64,000 bases of DNA from Acidobacteriota bacterium (GCA_016201275.1 JACQDB010000020.1:1443-65442); one strand, 5' to 3'; counted from the first letter of the stretch, positions 29,505 to 41,056 are shown. Notes: generated by a model not told the origin, from the sequence alone. A program made the numbers and translations.

Positions 29505-31715
29505 TTATTGTCTGGTCAAGCGTTCTTCCAGCCCTTTCAAGGAGCCGTTAAGTTTTTTATACAAGGCTTCGATTTGAGCTTTGCGAACCTTTTCGCTGCT
29601 GGCTCCCGGCTCGTAACTGGCGATGTAAAACTCCAGCGCGTTGCGGTCATCTCCGGCTTCTTCGGTAGCCAGTGCCAAATGCCACAAGGCATTTTTGCGT
29701 TCCGGGCTGGGCAGATAAACCTCTACCGACTTCGATAAATTTTCGATGGCGTTGCGCGTGTCGCCTTTCTTAAACAACGTCCAACCCAACACATCATAAG
29801 TTCGGCCCAGAAAAACCGCACGGCGTCCATCACGATCTAACAAAGGCGCATCGCGCATGGAGTTATCCGGCTCGGTCGCCGCCTCCGCTATCGCCAGCGC
29901 TCGCCGCGCCAGTTGCTCCGCCGCATCCAGTGCCAAGCCGCCTTCGGTTAAACGTCGCGCCGCCCAAACCATGCGAAAGGCTTGGCGGCCATCATCCAAA
30001 GTCGTAAAGGTGGTGATGGCGCGCAGCAATTCTTCCATGCCTTCGAGGTGAGCATCGCGCCCAGCCGATAACGCTTCATTGGCCGACACCGCCGTGCCAG
30101 CAGCGCGACGCGGGCGCGTTGCCAACGCTGCTTCTTCGCTGCTACGTTTCGCCGAAGCGCTGCCTTTTCCAGCACCTGCCGCCGGACGTTTTTTAGTCGT
30201 GGCGGTCGCCGTCGTCATTGCTGATTTTTTTGCTGCTGCCGCCACCTGCAAATATTTATTGATGCGGCCAAGCGCTTCGGCTAAACGATATTGCAGCGTT
30301 GTGGTCGGGCCTTCATTCAAAAACAGCGCCGCTTGTCTTTCGCGTTCGATCAATAAATCGAGGCGTTGCGAACGCGCTTTGGAAACGCCGCCCAGCAGGG
30401 TTTCAAATTCTCCGTCGGCAGTCACCGTAAAGGCTTTGCCCATGACTTCGAGCGCCTGATCATAACCATCCACGGCCATCAACATCTTGACGAGTTCAAA
30501 ATTCATGGTGGCGAATTGGCCGAACTCCTGCGCCGCAATCATGGTCGAAAGCGCGTCGCCATATTTATTCTCCAACAAATCGGCGTTGGCTTTGGCGATA
30601 TGTATCCAGCCCAAGCGCGGCACGATGTGCGCCACGCGATCAATCAAAGGGCGCGCCTGTGCCGGTTTTTTGCGATTCAAAAAAAAGAAGGCCAGTTGCG
30701 TAGGAATGCGATAATCATTCGGGTCAAGCTTCATAGCGGTTTGAAATTCCGCTTCGGCCTGCTCCTCGCGCCCCAAGGCATACAAAGTCAAAGCCAAGCC
30801 GCCGTGTGCTTCGGCATCGTCGGGTTTCAACTTCAGGTGTTGGCGATAAGCTGATTCGGCGCGTTCATAATCGCCCGTGCTTCGCAGCAGATTGGCGAGA
30901 TTCAAATTGGCAAACTCATCTTTGGGATTTAGCTCCAAAGCTTTTTCGTACTCTGCCATCGCGTCATTCAAGCGCAAATTAATCAGGTAGGCATTGCCCA
31001 GCGCGTTATGCGCTCGATGATCTTCGGGTGCCAGCTTAACGGCGTATTCCAAAATCCGCACGGCCTCCAGCGGCGCTTCAATCTGAACATAGAAAAAGCC
31101 GATCTGCACCAAGCGATTGGCATCCTTGTCAAAACGCTTTTCAAAAGCGCGCATCAATTCAACCGACTCGGCGCGAAAACCGAAAGCGCTCATCGCTACA
31201 GGCATAGGAAAGATGTACTGGTCAAAAATTTTGTCGCCCATCTTTTCGGGAGCCAGTCGCAGCACCGCCGAAAAATCCTGCGCGGCATTTTGCGGATTGC
31301 CTTCGCGCAACGATTGTTCGCCGCGCAAAGTGTATTCGCGCATCAACAACTCTCTGGCCTGCTGCACCCCTTCGCCGCGTTGGGTGACGATGAATTTTTC
31401 CAAAGCGTTGATGCGGTCTTTTTGCGAAGCCATTGCGCGTATGCGCTCCAAAGCATCAGGAGCCGTCACGTCAACGGTTTCGCCGCCCGCCTCGTCAATC
31501 GGTTGGGGGTCTTTTTTAGGCGTCGCAGCCGCAGGTTTAGGCGCAGTCTTGACTGGCGCAGTCGTTTTTTTCGGCGCGGTTTTCACCGGCTTCGGCGTAC
31601 TCTTCGCGCCTTTTTTGCTTTGCCCGAAGCTGACCGAACTGCTTGCCATCAATTGACCGACGAGAATCAGAATGGCAATAAAAAATTTTGCCCTGCTTTT
31701 ATCATTCAACATCAT
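29505..31715 (-). CDS. Secreted tetratricopeptide-repeat protein
   Basis: Signal peptide, Lys/Pro/Ala linker, TPRs (AHNALGNAY..A...YEKALELNP; DVLGWTLFKKG). Confidence 0.88.
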   Translation of the reverse strand: MMLNDKSRAKFFIAILILVGQLMASSSVSFGQSKKGAKSTPKPVKTAPKKTTAPVKTAPKPAAATPKKDPQPIDEAGGETVDVTAPDALERIRAMASQKDRINALEKFIVTQRGEGVQQARELLMREYTLRGEQSLREGNPQNAAQDFSAVLRLAPEKMGDKIFDQYIFPMPVAMSAFGFRAESVELMRAFEKRFDKDANRLVQIGFFYVQIEAPLEAVRILEYAVKLAPEDHRAHNALGNAYLINLRLNDAMAEYEKALELNPKDEFANLNLANLLRSTGDYERAESAYRQHLKLKPDDAEAHGGLALTLYALGREEQAEAEFQTAMKLDPNDYRIPTQLAFFFLNRKKPAQARPLIDRVAHIVPRLGWIHIAKANADLLENKYGDALSTMIAAQEFGQFATMNFELVKMLMAVDGYDQALEVMGKAFTVTADGEFETLLGGVSKARSQRLDLLIERERQAALFLNEGPTTTLQYRLAEALGRINKYLQVAAAAKKSAMTTATATTKKRPAAGAGKGSASAKRSSEEAALATRPRRAAGTAVSANEALSAGRDAHLEGMEELLRAITTFTTLDDGRQAFRMVWAARRLTEGGLALDAAEQLARRALAIAEAATEPDNSMRDAPLLDRDGRRAVFLGRTYDVLGWTLFKKGDTRNAIENLSKSVEVYLPSPERKNALWHLALATEEAGDDRNALEFYIASYEPGASSEKVRKAQIEALYKKLNGSLKGLEERLTRQ

Positions 31716-31782
31716 GAAAAATTCCTATACTCCAAGTTGCAAAAATAATGGTGAATCAAAATCGCCGTTTACTGTTTCCTTT

Positions 31783-33474
31783 TTACTTATCGGCAAGCGG
31801 CAACACCCGTCCATAGCGATTCGATGGCAACTCGATTCGCAGCAGCGAAGCCAGCGTCGGCGCAATGTCAGAGGGCGAGCATTCCATTGAAAAACGGCCT
31901 TTCTGTATGCCTTTGCCAAAGAAGATAACCGGAACGTGCGTGTCATAATTGTAAGGCGAACCATGCGTTGTCGCTATGCTGCCTTCGGTAAAAAAGGAGA
32001 AGGGCTTGATAATCACCCACACATCGCCCGACCGTGCGCGGTTGAAGCCGTTGGTCACCCGTCGCGCCAAAGCGGTGTTCGGCAGATCGCCCTCAAGGAT
32101 TTGCGAGCGCGTAAAATAGTTGACCACGCCGGGAGTTTTCAGCGCCGCATCCCCGGCGATTTTCTCCACTTCTTCGGCGTCGGCTTTGACTGCTGCAAGC
32201 AGTTTCTGATCGAGATAAAGTTGGTCGTTGACAAACGACTGCACCCATTTTTCATTTTTGTTATAGCGCTCGTTCAAGGCTTTATTGACCGCTTCGATTA
32301 ACGCTTGAGTCGGAACACGCGCCGCGTCATAGCCCAGTTTCGCTAGATATTCGGGAACCGGCGAAACGCCGTGGTCGCCGGTCAGCGCAATCACCGTATT
32401 GGTCAAACCAACCTTGGCGTCTATGAAGTTCAACAAATCGGCGACAACTTGATCCAAACGCACATAGGTGTCCAGCACTTCGGCGCTATCCGGCCCGTAA
32501 GCGTGACCGATTAAATCGGGAGCCGAAAAACTGACCGATAAAAAATCGGTGAAGTCATCCGCGCCCAAAGCTTCGGCGGTGATAGCGGCTTTGGCTAAAG
32601 CGGCAAGGTGTTCGGTCGCAAACGGCGTCAACTCGAAGAGGTTATAAAATTTCGTTCCTGGCTTCTCTTCGCCGCCGGTGAGAGTGTAGGGGAATTTGTC
32701 ACCGAGGGCGGTTTTTTGCAAGGGCGTGTAGTCTTTTTGAGTGCGCGCATAAGCAGCATCGGGCAACAGGTGTTCCCACTTTTTGCCGAAATATTTATCC
32801 GGTCGGTTTTTGGTATTGAACGTCTGCACCCAAGCCGGTAGGGTCTGAAAATAATAATCGCTGGAAATATAAGTGCCGTCGCTGCTCTGATACCAGAAGA
32901 CGCCGTTGGGATGTTGGCCGCCGGGTAAAACCGCGCCTCTGTCTTTCTGTGAAATCGCTATGACTTTGGCTTGTTGATTGGTGGCCAGACGCATTTGATC
33001 GCCGAGGGTGGTGCCGATCAAGGCTCTGGGACTAGGCGCGCCAACCTGCGTTTGCACGCCCGTCATGGTCACGTTCTTCGCTTTCAAATCGGAGACCATC
33101 ACGCGAACCTTGCCCAAGTCGCGGTCAAACCAGGTATTGCCGACGATGCCGTTTTGTGCAGGCACCGAACCCGTGGCAATCGCCGCGTGACCGGGAGCCG
33201 TATAAGTCGGCACATAATCATAATTGGCGTTGGTGAAAAACGCGCCGTTATTGATCAGGCGCTTGAATCCGCCGACGCCGAAAAGGTCTTCAAAGCGCTC
33301 CAGAAAATCGTAGCGAAATTGATCTATGACAATTAAGACGACCAGTTTCGGTTTAGCGTTTGTTGCCGCCTTTTTCTTTGGACGGACGGTCTGCCCTGAC
33401 GTGAAAGAGGAAAAGGCAAAGGTCAGAACAAGCACTACAGTAGCCAGCCGTTGGAAATTGTTTTTCTGTTTCAT
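31783..33474 (-). CDS. Alkaline phosphatase family protein (PafA-like)
   Basis: IDQFR, TAPGH, D..GHAYGP, GDHG, HGSPYNYDTHVP. Confidence 0.93.
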   Translation of the reverse strand: MKQKNNFQRLATVVLVLTFAFSSFTSGQTVRPKKKAATNAKPKLVVLIVIDQFRYDFLERFEDLFGVGGFKRLINNGAFFTNANYDYVPTYTAPGHAAIATGSVPAQNGIVGNTWFDRDLGKVRVMVSDLKAKNVTMTGVQTQVGAPSPRALIGTTLGDQMRLATNQQAKVIAISQKDRGAVLPGGQHPNGVFWYQSSDGTYISSDYYFQTLPAWVQTFNTKNRPDKYFGKKWEHLLPDAAYARTQKDYTPLQKTALGDKFPYTLTGGEEKPGTKFYNLFELTPFATEHLAALAKAAITAEALGADDFTDFLSVSFSAPDLIGHAYGPDSAEVLDTYVRLDQVVADLLNFIDAKVGLTNTVIALTGDHGVSPVPEYLAKLGYDAARVPTQALIEAVNKALNERYNKNEKWVQSFVNDQLYLDQKLLAAVKADAEEVEKIAGDAALKTPGVVNYFTRSQILEGDLPNTALARRVTNGFNRARSGDVWVIIKPFSFFTEGSIATTHGSPYNYDTHVPVIFFGKGIQKGRFSMECSPSDIAPTLASLLRIELPSNRYGRVLPLADK

Positions 33475-33725
33475 GGTTGAACCTGATTGGGAATATTTAC
33501 AGAGCAAAACCGTAATTCAGGCAAGCCAACCATGTCAACCTGAAACGCCTGCAACGACAATGACAAATCGGAGTTGACCAATCCAAGCGGTGTCGCCGTG
33601 CGAATCTCATTGGCTTTCGCGGTTCGCTATATAGCAAGTTGCAGAGGTGTGCGCTTGATTGAGAGGCGGCCTCCGACCGCCGCTACGATTGCGCTAAAAA
33701 AGTGTCGGAAAGAAACTGTTGTTCA

Positions 33726-33777
33726 GTGTCCGGTATCTGTAACCAGACGCCGGACACCAGACTAAAGACTGGAGACT
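33726..33777. repeat. Heptamer tandem repeat with inverted arm
   Basis: CCAGACG CCGGACA CCAGACT AAAGACT GGAGACT; GTGTCCGGTATCTG pairs with CAGACGCCGGACAC. Confidence 0.6.
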
Positions 33778-33782
33778 GCCGC

Positions 33783-35864
33783 TTATTCATCTTCAACAAC
33801 GCGAATGCGGCCTTCTTCCTGCGCCTTCTGAATAATCTTCTGCGCGATGGAAGCCGGTACTTCATCATAATGATCCAGTTCCATAGTGTACGAACCGCGC
33901 GCTCCGGTTATCGAGTTCAAGGTTGATTGATACGACAGCATTTCCGACAACGGCACTTGCGCTTTGACCACTGCTTGATTGCCCTTCGAGTCCATGCCGG
34001 AGACGCGACCACGGCGGGAATTAATGTCGCCCAGGATGTCGCCAGAATTTTCCTGCGGCACAGTGATCTCCACGTTCATGATGGGTTCGAGCAACACCGC
34101 TTTCAACTTTTCTTTGGCGGCGCGAAAGGCTTTGCGTCCGGCAACCTGAAACGAAAAGTCGTCCGAATCCACCGAGTGATATTTGCCGTCTATCAATTCG
34201 ACTTTGAAATCTATGACCGGATACCCGGCAATCGCGCCTTGCGCGGCGGCGTCTTTGACGCCCTTTTCAACCGCCGGTCGCCATTGCTGAGGAATCGAAC
34301 CGCCAAAAATTTTATCCACGAATTCAAAGCCGCTGCCACGCGGCAAGCCTTCAAAGATGCAGGTCGCTTCACCGAATTGGCCGCGCCCGCCCGATTGTTT
34401 CTTATGCCGCCCGACGATTTCCGCGCGTCCCTTCAGGGTTTCCAGATAAGCGACTTTCGGCGGATGCAACGCGACTTCGACGCCATAGCGTTTCTTCAAT
34501 TTATTGACCGCGACTTCGATGTGAACCTGGCCTGTGCCTGACAACAAAAATTCTTTGGTCTGCGGGTCGCGGGTAAAGTTCAAAGCCAAATCTTCTTCGA
34601 GCATCTTGTGCAGGGCTTGCGACAACTTGTCTTCATCGTTACGCGATTTCGGTTCGATGGCAAACGAGATCGCCGGAGTCGGAAACTTCACGGCGTCGTA
34701 ACTGATCTGCGAAGCTTTATCGCAGAAGGTATCGCCGGTGGTGGTCTCTCGCAACTTGGTGACGGCAACGATGTCACCGGCTTTGGCTTCGGCAATTTTT
34801 TCGAGGTTCTTGCCTTGTATGACGTGCAAGGGGCCTAGTCGCTCCTGCGCGCTCTTGGTGCAGTTCATCACTGTCGCATCGGATTTCACCGTGCCGGAAT
34901 AGATTTTGAAAATGTTAATGCGTCCGGCAAACGGGTCGGCGACGGTCTTAAAAACGAAAGCCGAAAAGGGCGCGACATCGCGGATTTCGCGTTCAATCTC
35001 TTCGCCTCTGGTGTCTTTGCCCTTGACGACGAGGAATTCATCGGGCGCGGGGACCAGTTCGACAATCTCGGTCAACAATGGTTGAATGCCAATGTTTTGC
35101 GTAGCCGAAGTGACAAAGACCGGAAAGATGCGGCGTTCTTTGACCGCCGCGTGTATGCCGGGAATCAAATCTTCATCGCTGAGGGTACCATCGGCGAAAT
35201 ATTTTTCCATCAATTCTTCGGAGGCTTCGGCAACCACATCAATGATTTTTTCCCGCGCTGTCTGCGCCGCGTCTTTCATCTCTTCGGGAATTTCTGTAGC
35301 TTTGCCATCAGCGTAATAGGCTTTGTAATGCACCAGGTCTATGACGCCTTTGAAGTTCAATTCGCTGCCGATGGGAATTTGCAGAGGCACAACGCGGCGT
35401 CCCCAAGTCTCGATGATCTGTTCAACCGTCTGCTCGAAGTTGGCGCGTTCTTTGTCCATTTTGTTGATGACCAGCAAACGCGGGATAGCAAATTCCTGGG
35501 CATAGCCCCAAGCTTTTTCGGCCTGCACTTCGACGCCGTTGACCGCGTCTATGACGACGATGGCGGCTTCGGCGGCGCGCAAAGCGGCTTTGGCGTCCAG
35601 TATGAATGCGGCGTATCCTGGCGTATCAATGATATTGATTTTCTTGTCCTTCCACTCGCAATGAGCCAGAGCGCTGGTAATGGTGATTTTCCTGGCCACC
35701 TCGTCTTCATCGTAATCGGTAACCGTTGAGCCATCATCTACGCGACCCAATCGTGGTGTTGCGCCGGTGTCAAATAACATGGCCGCGACCAGCGAAGTTT
35801 TGCCGGCGTGACCATGACCTACAATGCCAATGTTTCTAATCTCCTTAGTATCAAAGACCCTCAT
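33783..35864 (-). CDS. fusA: Elongation factor G paralogue (EF-G2-like)
   Basis: GHGHAGKT, RKITI (canonical RGITI), DTPG, NKMD, KKQSGGRGQF, LLEPIM; not in an rpsL-rpsG-tuf context. Confidence 0.9.
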   Translation of the reverse strand: MRVFDTKEIRNIGIVGHGHAGKTSLVAAMLFDTGATPRLGRVDDGSTVTDYDEDEVARKITITSALAHCEWKDKKINIIDTPGYAAFILDAKAALRAAEAAIVVIDAVNGVEVQAEKAWGYAQEFAIPRLLVINKMDKERANFEQTVEQIIETWGRRVVPLQIPIGSELNFKGVIDLVHYKAYYADGKATEIPEEMKDAAQTAREKIIDVVAEASEELMEKYFADGTLSDEDLIPGIHAAVKERRIFPVFVTSATQNIGIQPLLTEIVELVPAPDEFLVVKGKDTRGEEIEREIRDVAPFSAFVFKTVADPFAGRINIFKIYSGTVKSDATVMNCTKSAQERLGPLHVIQGKNLEKIAEAKAGDIVAVTKLRETTTGDTFCDKASQISYDAVKFPTPAISFAIEPKSRNDEDKLSQALHKMLEEDLALNFTRDPQTKEFLLSGTGQVHIEVAVNKLKKRYGVEVALHPPKVAYLETLKGRAEIVGRHKKQSGGRGQFGEATCIFEGLPRGSGFEFVDKIFGGSIPQQWRPAVEKGVKDAAAQGAIAGYPVIDFKVELIDGKYHSVDSDDFSFQVAGRKAFRAAKEKLKAVLLEPIMNVEITVPQENSGDILGDINSRRGRVSGMDSKGNQAVVKAQVPLSEMLSYQSTLNSITGARGSYTMELDHYDEVPASIAQKIIQKAQEEGRIRVVEDE

Positions 35865-36242
35865 AGATACGGTCTCCTTTCCTGTAAATTGATGTTGATT
35901 GCGAAGAATAAAACTACGGCTGATGTCTCTGTGCTATTTGGTTGAGATGACACTGCGTCCTTCTCAAAGCGTTTTCATGAAAATGTGTTGCGGCGCGAAA
36001 ACGCTGGTTGTCCACTGCAAAAATTTCCGCTGCTGAAACTCGTCGAATCGGAAACTGGAAACGGTTTTTGCAAATCTCTACAGCGGTTGTCGTTTGCGAG
36101 TACGGAAACCTCAAAGCGGTTGAGCGGCAGGCTTTGACCGTGCGCCGGTCAAAGCCTGCGGCTTAACCAGAGGAGGCTCCGCACAATGCAAATCGCTCAT
36201 CTTGTGAGCGCAAAAAAATTTCTTCGCGCCGCACCTGCCGCA

Positions 36243-36764
36243 CTATTTTTCCAGCGGCGTAAAGCTGCGCGCCATGCGGTCGGTGATATTGCGTATGGTA
36301 TCGAGTACGCCGCGCCTACCAGTGAAGCGCAACACCCAGACGTATTCCCCGTCCTGCAAATAATAAAAAGCGCTGGCGGCTTTGCGGCCACCGTCGGCGC
36401 TGTAAAAAGCGAAGCGTATGCCATCCAGCGGCCCGGCATCGAAATGCTCGTTGGTGGCACGCTCGAACCCGGCACGGTACATACGCAAATTCTCTTCTTC
36501 TTCTCTGGCCTTGCCCGCCAGATTCAAACCGTTCAATTTTTCTCTGGTAATCTTTAACAAGCCCTCCGCACGGTCGCCGTACACAAATTCCAGTTTCGCT
36601 CTGCCGACCGCATCATTGTAGGAAACGGCGCGCCAATCGCCTAGCAAAGTGAATTTGTATTTTCCGGCGGGGTCGGTGAATTCCTGCGCGGCTTGAGCAA
36701 ACCCCCAACCCGGAATCCCCAACAGCATCAAGGCGGTCAAGACCAAAAGACCGGTGATTTTCAT
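36243..36764 (-). CDS. Hypothetical secreted protein (possibly PsbP/DcrB-like fold)
   Basis: GGAGG RBS, signal peptide, FTDP..KYKFTL..DW...MARSF pattern. Confidence 0.65.
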   Translation of the reverse strand: MKITGLLVLTALMLLGIPGWGFAQAAQEFTDPAGKYKFTLLGDWRAVSYNDAVGRAKLEFVYGDRAEGLLKITREKLNGLNLAGKAREEEENLRMYRAGFERATNEHFDAGPLDGIRFAFYSADGGRKAASAFYYLQDGEYVWVLRFTGRRGVLDTIRNITDRMARSFTPLEK

Positions 36765-36949
36765 ACTTCCTCCAGCAATCTTGAATACACGGGCAATCCG
36801 CAATGATTATCTACAAATTTCGTTGACTTGAATAGAGCGCAAGCGGCACCTCGGCGACCCGCCAGATTGAAACTCTGCCATCGGGATATGATTTCCCTTC
36901 ACCCCGAACTGCAATAGGGAAGTTGTGGTTCTTGGCGATTGCCAATCGT

Positions 36950-37414
36950 TTAGTCAACGGGAAACACCTGTATGTCGCCGGGCTTGCGAAGCATCTTGTT
37001 GACTTCGCCTAAATGCAATTCTTCTTCATAAATCATCTGGCGGGCATACTCTTCCAACACGACCGATTGATCTTTTACCAGCGCCAGCAGGTCTTTATAA
37101 AGCTGCAAGCCTTGGCGTTCGCTGTCCAGCGATTCCAGCAGTATATCGTTGATTTCGTGCTGATGCGTTTCCAGCAAATTGCCGATTTTCAACGACGGAT
37201 GTTCGCCAAAATGAGTCACCATTTCGCCAGCCGCATGAGCGTGCGCCAGACCGCTGGCGGCCTGTTCGCGCAACCACGAAACAATCGGTATGCGGCTGTG
37301 GCCAAAGACCATAAACGAGTAATGCGTATAACGCACCACCCCGGCCAACTCGGCTTCTAAAATCTCGTTCAACAAGGCCATCACTTTCGCTTTGTCAAAA
37401 TTCTGTTCCGCCAT
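36950..37414 (-). CDS. bfr: Bacterioferritin / ferritin-like protein
   Basis: LNEILEAELAGVVRYTHY, GEHPSL, E..H ferroxidase motif (EEELH). Confidence 0.85.
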   Translation of the reverse strand: MAEQNFDKAKVMALLNEILEAELAGVVRYTHYSFMVFGHSRIPIVSWLREQAASGLAHAHAAGEMVTHFGEHPSLKIGNLLETHQHEINDILLESLDSERQGLQLYKDLLALVKDQSVVLEEYARQMIYEEELHLGEVNKMLRKPGDIQVFPVD

Positions 37415-37526
37415 TTTCTCTCCTTGATTTCCGTGATTGGAGTAGTTGAGAAAACCCCGCCGGATGATTGATTTCCCAGCGACTCGCTGTGCTTTCAATC
37501 ACCGCAGCGCTGTTTGCCATCCGGTT

Positions 37527-38579
37527 TTACGCGACCACCAACTCCAAGCCATGTTGATGGCTGTGCCAGTGCTGCGCGTCTCTTGAGGTCTTTTGCGTTT
37601 CCGGGAATTTCTGTCCGGTCATTTCCATAAAAACTTTTTCCGACTGCGCCATCAACAAACGCTCGCTCACATAGCGTGCAATCTGCGCGTTGGCCTTCAA
37701 CTCCGTTGCCAGTTGGGCGACCGAATCTTTCACCTGTTGCGGACTTTTTTTGACTTTCACCAATTTGCCTATGCCTTCGCGCAAGGCTTTGAAGAAGGCT
37801 TGCTGATCGGCCAGCAAGCTTTCCGCACCGAACACGCCATGCCCCGGACAGACAAATTTTGCCCCCAGTTGGCGCGCCAACTCAAGCGTGGCAATCCATT
37901 TTTCAATATCGCCATCACCGACGAAATTGTAAGGCCCGTTGACACAGGCATCGCCGGTAAACAGTATCTTTTCGTTCGGCAACCACGCCAAGGCATCGCC
38001 ATGCGTGTGCGCTATGCCCAAGTGCATCAACTCGACGCGATGTTTGCCATCATCGAAAATCAAATCCTTCGGAAACAATAAGGACGGCGGTTTCAATTTC
38101 GCTGCGGCAACATCCTTGCGCTGTTTCGCGGTGTCTTCCCAACGTCCGGGCGACCCGCCATAATAGCCGGTTTCGTATTTCTTCATCTCGTCAACAACGC
38201 CGGTGTGCGCCAGCGGCGTCGCGCCATTTTCAATCCACACTTGATTGCCGTAGGCGTGGTCGCCGTGATGATGGGTGTTGAAGGCGAAGCGAATTGGTTT
38301 GTCGGTCAAGGCGCGAATTTTGGGCAGTATGACCTGCGCGCCGGAAGGGAAATTGGCGTCAATAACTAACACGTAATCGGCAAAAATAATCCAGCCGTTG
38401 TTGCAATGACCGAGCGCCAGATTGCCTTCGTGAAAATAGATGTCGGGCGCAAGGTTTTCGACTTTGCCGACTTCGACAGGCGGCGACGCCGGGTTCGCCA
38501 GAGCTTTGGGATGAGTCGCCGTAAGCGTTATAGCGGCGGCGCTGCCGAGTAACATTTTCCTGCGAGAGATTTGACACAT
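37527..38579 (-). CDS. Tat-exported MBL-fold metallohydrolase
   Basis: SRRKML signal, THHHGDH, AHTHGD, FTGD, PGHG. Confidence 0.9.
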   Translation of the reverse strand: MCQISRRKMLLGSAAAITLTATHPKALANPASPPVEVGKVENLAPDIYFHEGNLALGHCNNGWIIFADYVLVIDANFPSGAQVILPKIRALTDKPIRFAFNTHHHGDHAYGNQVWIENGATPLAHTGVVDEMKKYETGYYGGSPGRWEDTAKQRKDVAAAKLKPPSLLFPKDLIFDDGKHRVELMHLGIAHTHGDALAWLPNEKILFTGDACVNGPYNFVGDGDIEKWIATLELARQLGAKFVCPGHGVFGAESLLADQQAFFKALREGIGKLVKVKKSPQQVKDSVAQLATELKANAQIARYVSERLLMAQSEKVFMEMTGQKFPETQKTSRDAQHWHSHQHGLELVVA

Positions 38580-38634
38580 TGTCGGTTCCTCCTGAGCAAG
38601 TAATGAAGACTGCGCTTGAATGAATGACTTGAGC

Positions 38635-39366
38635 TTATCGCAAATCGCCGAGCAAGGCTTTCTGTTTATCCACGATCTGGGCGCTGCCTGCCGCCGCCAG
38701 TTCGAGCATACGATCCATCTGATCTTTATTGAACGGCTTGGATTCGGCGGTGCCTTGAATCTCTATGAATTGCCCCGCGCCGGTGCGAACGATGTTCATA
38801 TCTACTTCGGCTTTCGAGTCCTCTTCATAGGCCAAATCCAACATCGGCTCGCCATTGAGAATGCCTACGGAGACCGCCGCTACATAATCGGTGACCGGAA
38901 TCGGCGCGGCAATCTTGCCGTTGTCATAAAGTTTTCGCAAAGCCAAGACCAAAGCGCAGAAGGCTCCTGAAATCGAAGCCGTGCGCGTGCCGCCATCGGC
39001 TTGTATGACATCGCAATCAATGTAAATGGTGCGTTCGCCCAAACGGTTGAACTGCACGACGGCGCGCAACGAGCGCCCGATGAGGCGTTGAATTTCCTGG
39101 GTGCGCCCGGAGATTTGACCGCGTGAATCGCGCTGGGTTCGGGTCTCGGTGGCGCGTGGCAGCATGGAGTATTCCGCCGTGACCCAGCCTTTGCCCTGAT
39201 TGCGTAAAAACATCGGCACGCGCTCGTCTATAGATGCCGTGCAGATGACCCGCGTCTGACCGACTTCGATTAGCACAGAGCCTTCAGCATAGCGCGTGTA
39301 GTTGGGGGTGATGACCACTGGTCTCAAGGCGTCGTTGGCGCGTCCATCTTTTCGTTTATAACTCAT
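38635..39366 (-). CDS. rph: Ribonuclease PH
   Basis: [42 protein letters not shown]. Confidence 0.97.
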   Translation of the reverse strand: MSYKRKDGRANDALRPVVITPNYTRYAEGSVLIEVGQTRVICTASIDERVPMFLRNQGKGWVTAEYSMLPRATETRTQRDSRGQISGRTQEIQRLIGRSLRAVVQFNRLGERTIYIDCDVIQADGGTRTASISGAFCALVLALRKLYDNGKIAAPIPVTDYVAAVSVGILNGEPMLDLAYEEDSKAEVDMNIVRTGAGQFIEIQGTAESKPFNKDQMDRMLELAAAGSAQIVDKQKALLGDLR

Positions 39367-40229
39367 AATTGTCCTAACTCTATGGTTTCAAGGGATTCAA
39401 TCGGGCGACCTAAAAAGTATTCGGCGACTTTGCGAAAGCGTCGGGCCGAATCGGTGACATAAAACTGTTCGCTGCGCGGTGCGGCGCTCTGCCGCATCAA
39501 GCCTTCGGCGCACAGCCTTTCGGCGACCACATCGGCAACCGCTTCGCCGGAATCAATCAAGCTGACAGCATCGCCCATCACCTGCTGAATAACATTTTTC
39601 AGAATCGGATAATGCGTGCAACCCAACACCAGCGTGTCTATTTCGGTGTGGCGAAAATCCTCTAAATATTCGGTAGCGACCTGGCGCGTAACAGGATGCT
39701 CCATCCAGCCTTCTTCTGCAAGTGGAACCAACAGCGGACAGGCACGCGAGATAATTTTCAAGCCATCGCGCAAACTCATCATGGCCTTTTCATAGGCACC
39801 GCTGGCGATGGTCGCTTCCGTACCAATCACGCCAACGCGCCCGTTGCGCGACTGTTGGACAGCGCGCCGCGACCCCGGACCGATGACGCCCAAAACGGGA
39901 ACTTCACAAGCCTCGCGTAAGCGATGGGCAGCCACCGAAGAGACGGTGTTGCAGGCGATGACGATGGCCTTGACGTTTTTCGCTTGAATGAAGGCAGCGT
40001 CTTCCAAGGCGTAGCGTTCGATGGTTTCCTTTGAACGCGTGCCGTAAGGAATGCGCGCCGTATCGCCCAGGTAGATCAAGCTTTCATTGGGCAGACGTTT
40101 TTCCAGAGCGCGAAACACCGTCAAGCCGCCGACCCCCGAATCAAAAATGCCGATGGGCGCATCGGCATTTGCGGGTGACGAATGGCGGATGGTGAATGGC
40201 GGCTCGTTCTCTTGTCGGTTGAAATCCAT
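39363..40229 (-). CDS. murI: Glutamate racemase
   Basis: [26 protein letters not shown]. Confidence 0.96.
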   Translation of the reverse strand: MDFNRQENEPPFTIRHSSPANADAPIGIFDSGVGGLTVFRALEKRLPNESLIYLGDTARIPYGTRSKETIERYALEDAAFIQAKNVKAIVIACNTVSSVAAHRLREACEVPVLGVIGPGSRRAVQQSRNGRVGVIGTEATIASGAYEKAMMSLRDGLKIISRACPLLVPLAEEGWMEHPVTRQVATEYLEDFRHTEIDTLVLGCTHYPILKNVIQQVMGDAVSLIDSGEAVADVVAERLCAEGLMRQSAAPRSEQFYVTDSARRFRKVAEYFLGRPIESLETIELGQL

Positions 40230-40400
40230 GAATCTTTCCGGGCAAAGCGGCAACTCAAAAATATGAAGCTAACGAAAACCCGTTTCCGCCTTCTGCCGGA
40301 GGCGATCTAGGCGAAGGGCCGTAGGCGTAACGCTACCCAGATCGAAACGGACGATACGCACAACGGACGAAACGCACTTGGCGCGTTGCGGTCGAACCGT

Positions 40401-40859
40401 TTACCGGTCAGCCGTGAAGTTGCGGCTCGCCTCACCTTCCATCAGTGGCAGTAAGCGCGAATCCTCTAACGCCGCGACTCTATGCCCTACCCCTTGCATA
40501 TATTCTGCATTCGAGGCAAAGGCCATAAAGTCCTTGACGCTGCGTTGGCGAACCAGCATCACCGCATCCCAGCGCTCGTCGGTTGGGCCAATCAAAAAGT
40601 TTCCCCCTGCGCCCATGAAGATCACTTCACCACCGGATTTTTCCAGATGCGGGAGCGTGTGTTCGATGTAGAGTTGGTAGGCGGCTTTGCCACTTATCGC
40701 CTCAGCAGGTGCGAGATCAGGGGTGGCGGAATAATCAGCAAACTCTCTGAAGCGAAGCAAATTCAGCATCACTACACTTCCCAAAATACCACGAGCAATA
40801 AAGGTTCGGCCTGCTTCTTGAGATGGTTCTAGGTATGTTTTGATTTGATTTTCCAGCAT
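40401..40859 (-). CDS. DUF1330 family protein
   Basis: VVMLNLLRFR, SG..AY..Y, WD.VMLV, HR.AALEDSRL. Confidence 0.8.
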   Translation of the reverse strand: MLENQIKTYLEPSQEAGRTFIARGILGSVVMLNLLRFREFADYSATPDLAPAEAISGKAAYQLYIEHTLPHLEKSGGEVIFMGAGGNFLIGPTDERWDAVMLVRQRSVKDFMAFASNAEYMQGVGHRVAALEDSRLLPLMEGEASRNFTADR

Positions 40860-40905
40860 TGATCTCTCCAATTGGCGAGCCAGCAGGCAGGGCTGGTTTT
40901 CTTGT

Positions 40906-41012
40906 GAATCAACTCCCAATCCGCCAGCCGCTACGGCCAGCAGGCGCGGCATGAAATCTTGGGAGTAAGCGAAATCTCCGTTGGCCGCGCTCCGCTGCAT
41001 TGGTTGTTGGGC
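40906..41012 (-). mobile_element. Degenerate attC-like site downstream of the DUF6326 gene
   Basis: Minus strand GCCCAAC-AACCAATGCAGCGGAGCGCGGC...GCCGCGCCTGCTG..ATTGG; R' box eroded. Confidence 0.45.
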
Positions 41013-41056
41013 GGCGCACTTAGTGGCGACGTGCGCGACCGGCATATGCTCCCCTT

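Noticed and set aside
31008-35729. Long plus-strand ORFs (31008-31748, 33927-34541, 35082-35729)
   Set aside because: Antisense shadows of the TPR and EF-G genes with no recognisable motifs.
33783-35864. Ribosome-protection (TetM-like) resistance gene
   Set aside because: Full EF-G length and domain IV motifs fit an ordinary EF-G2 paralogue.
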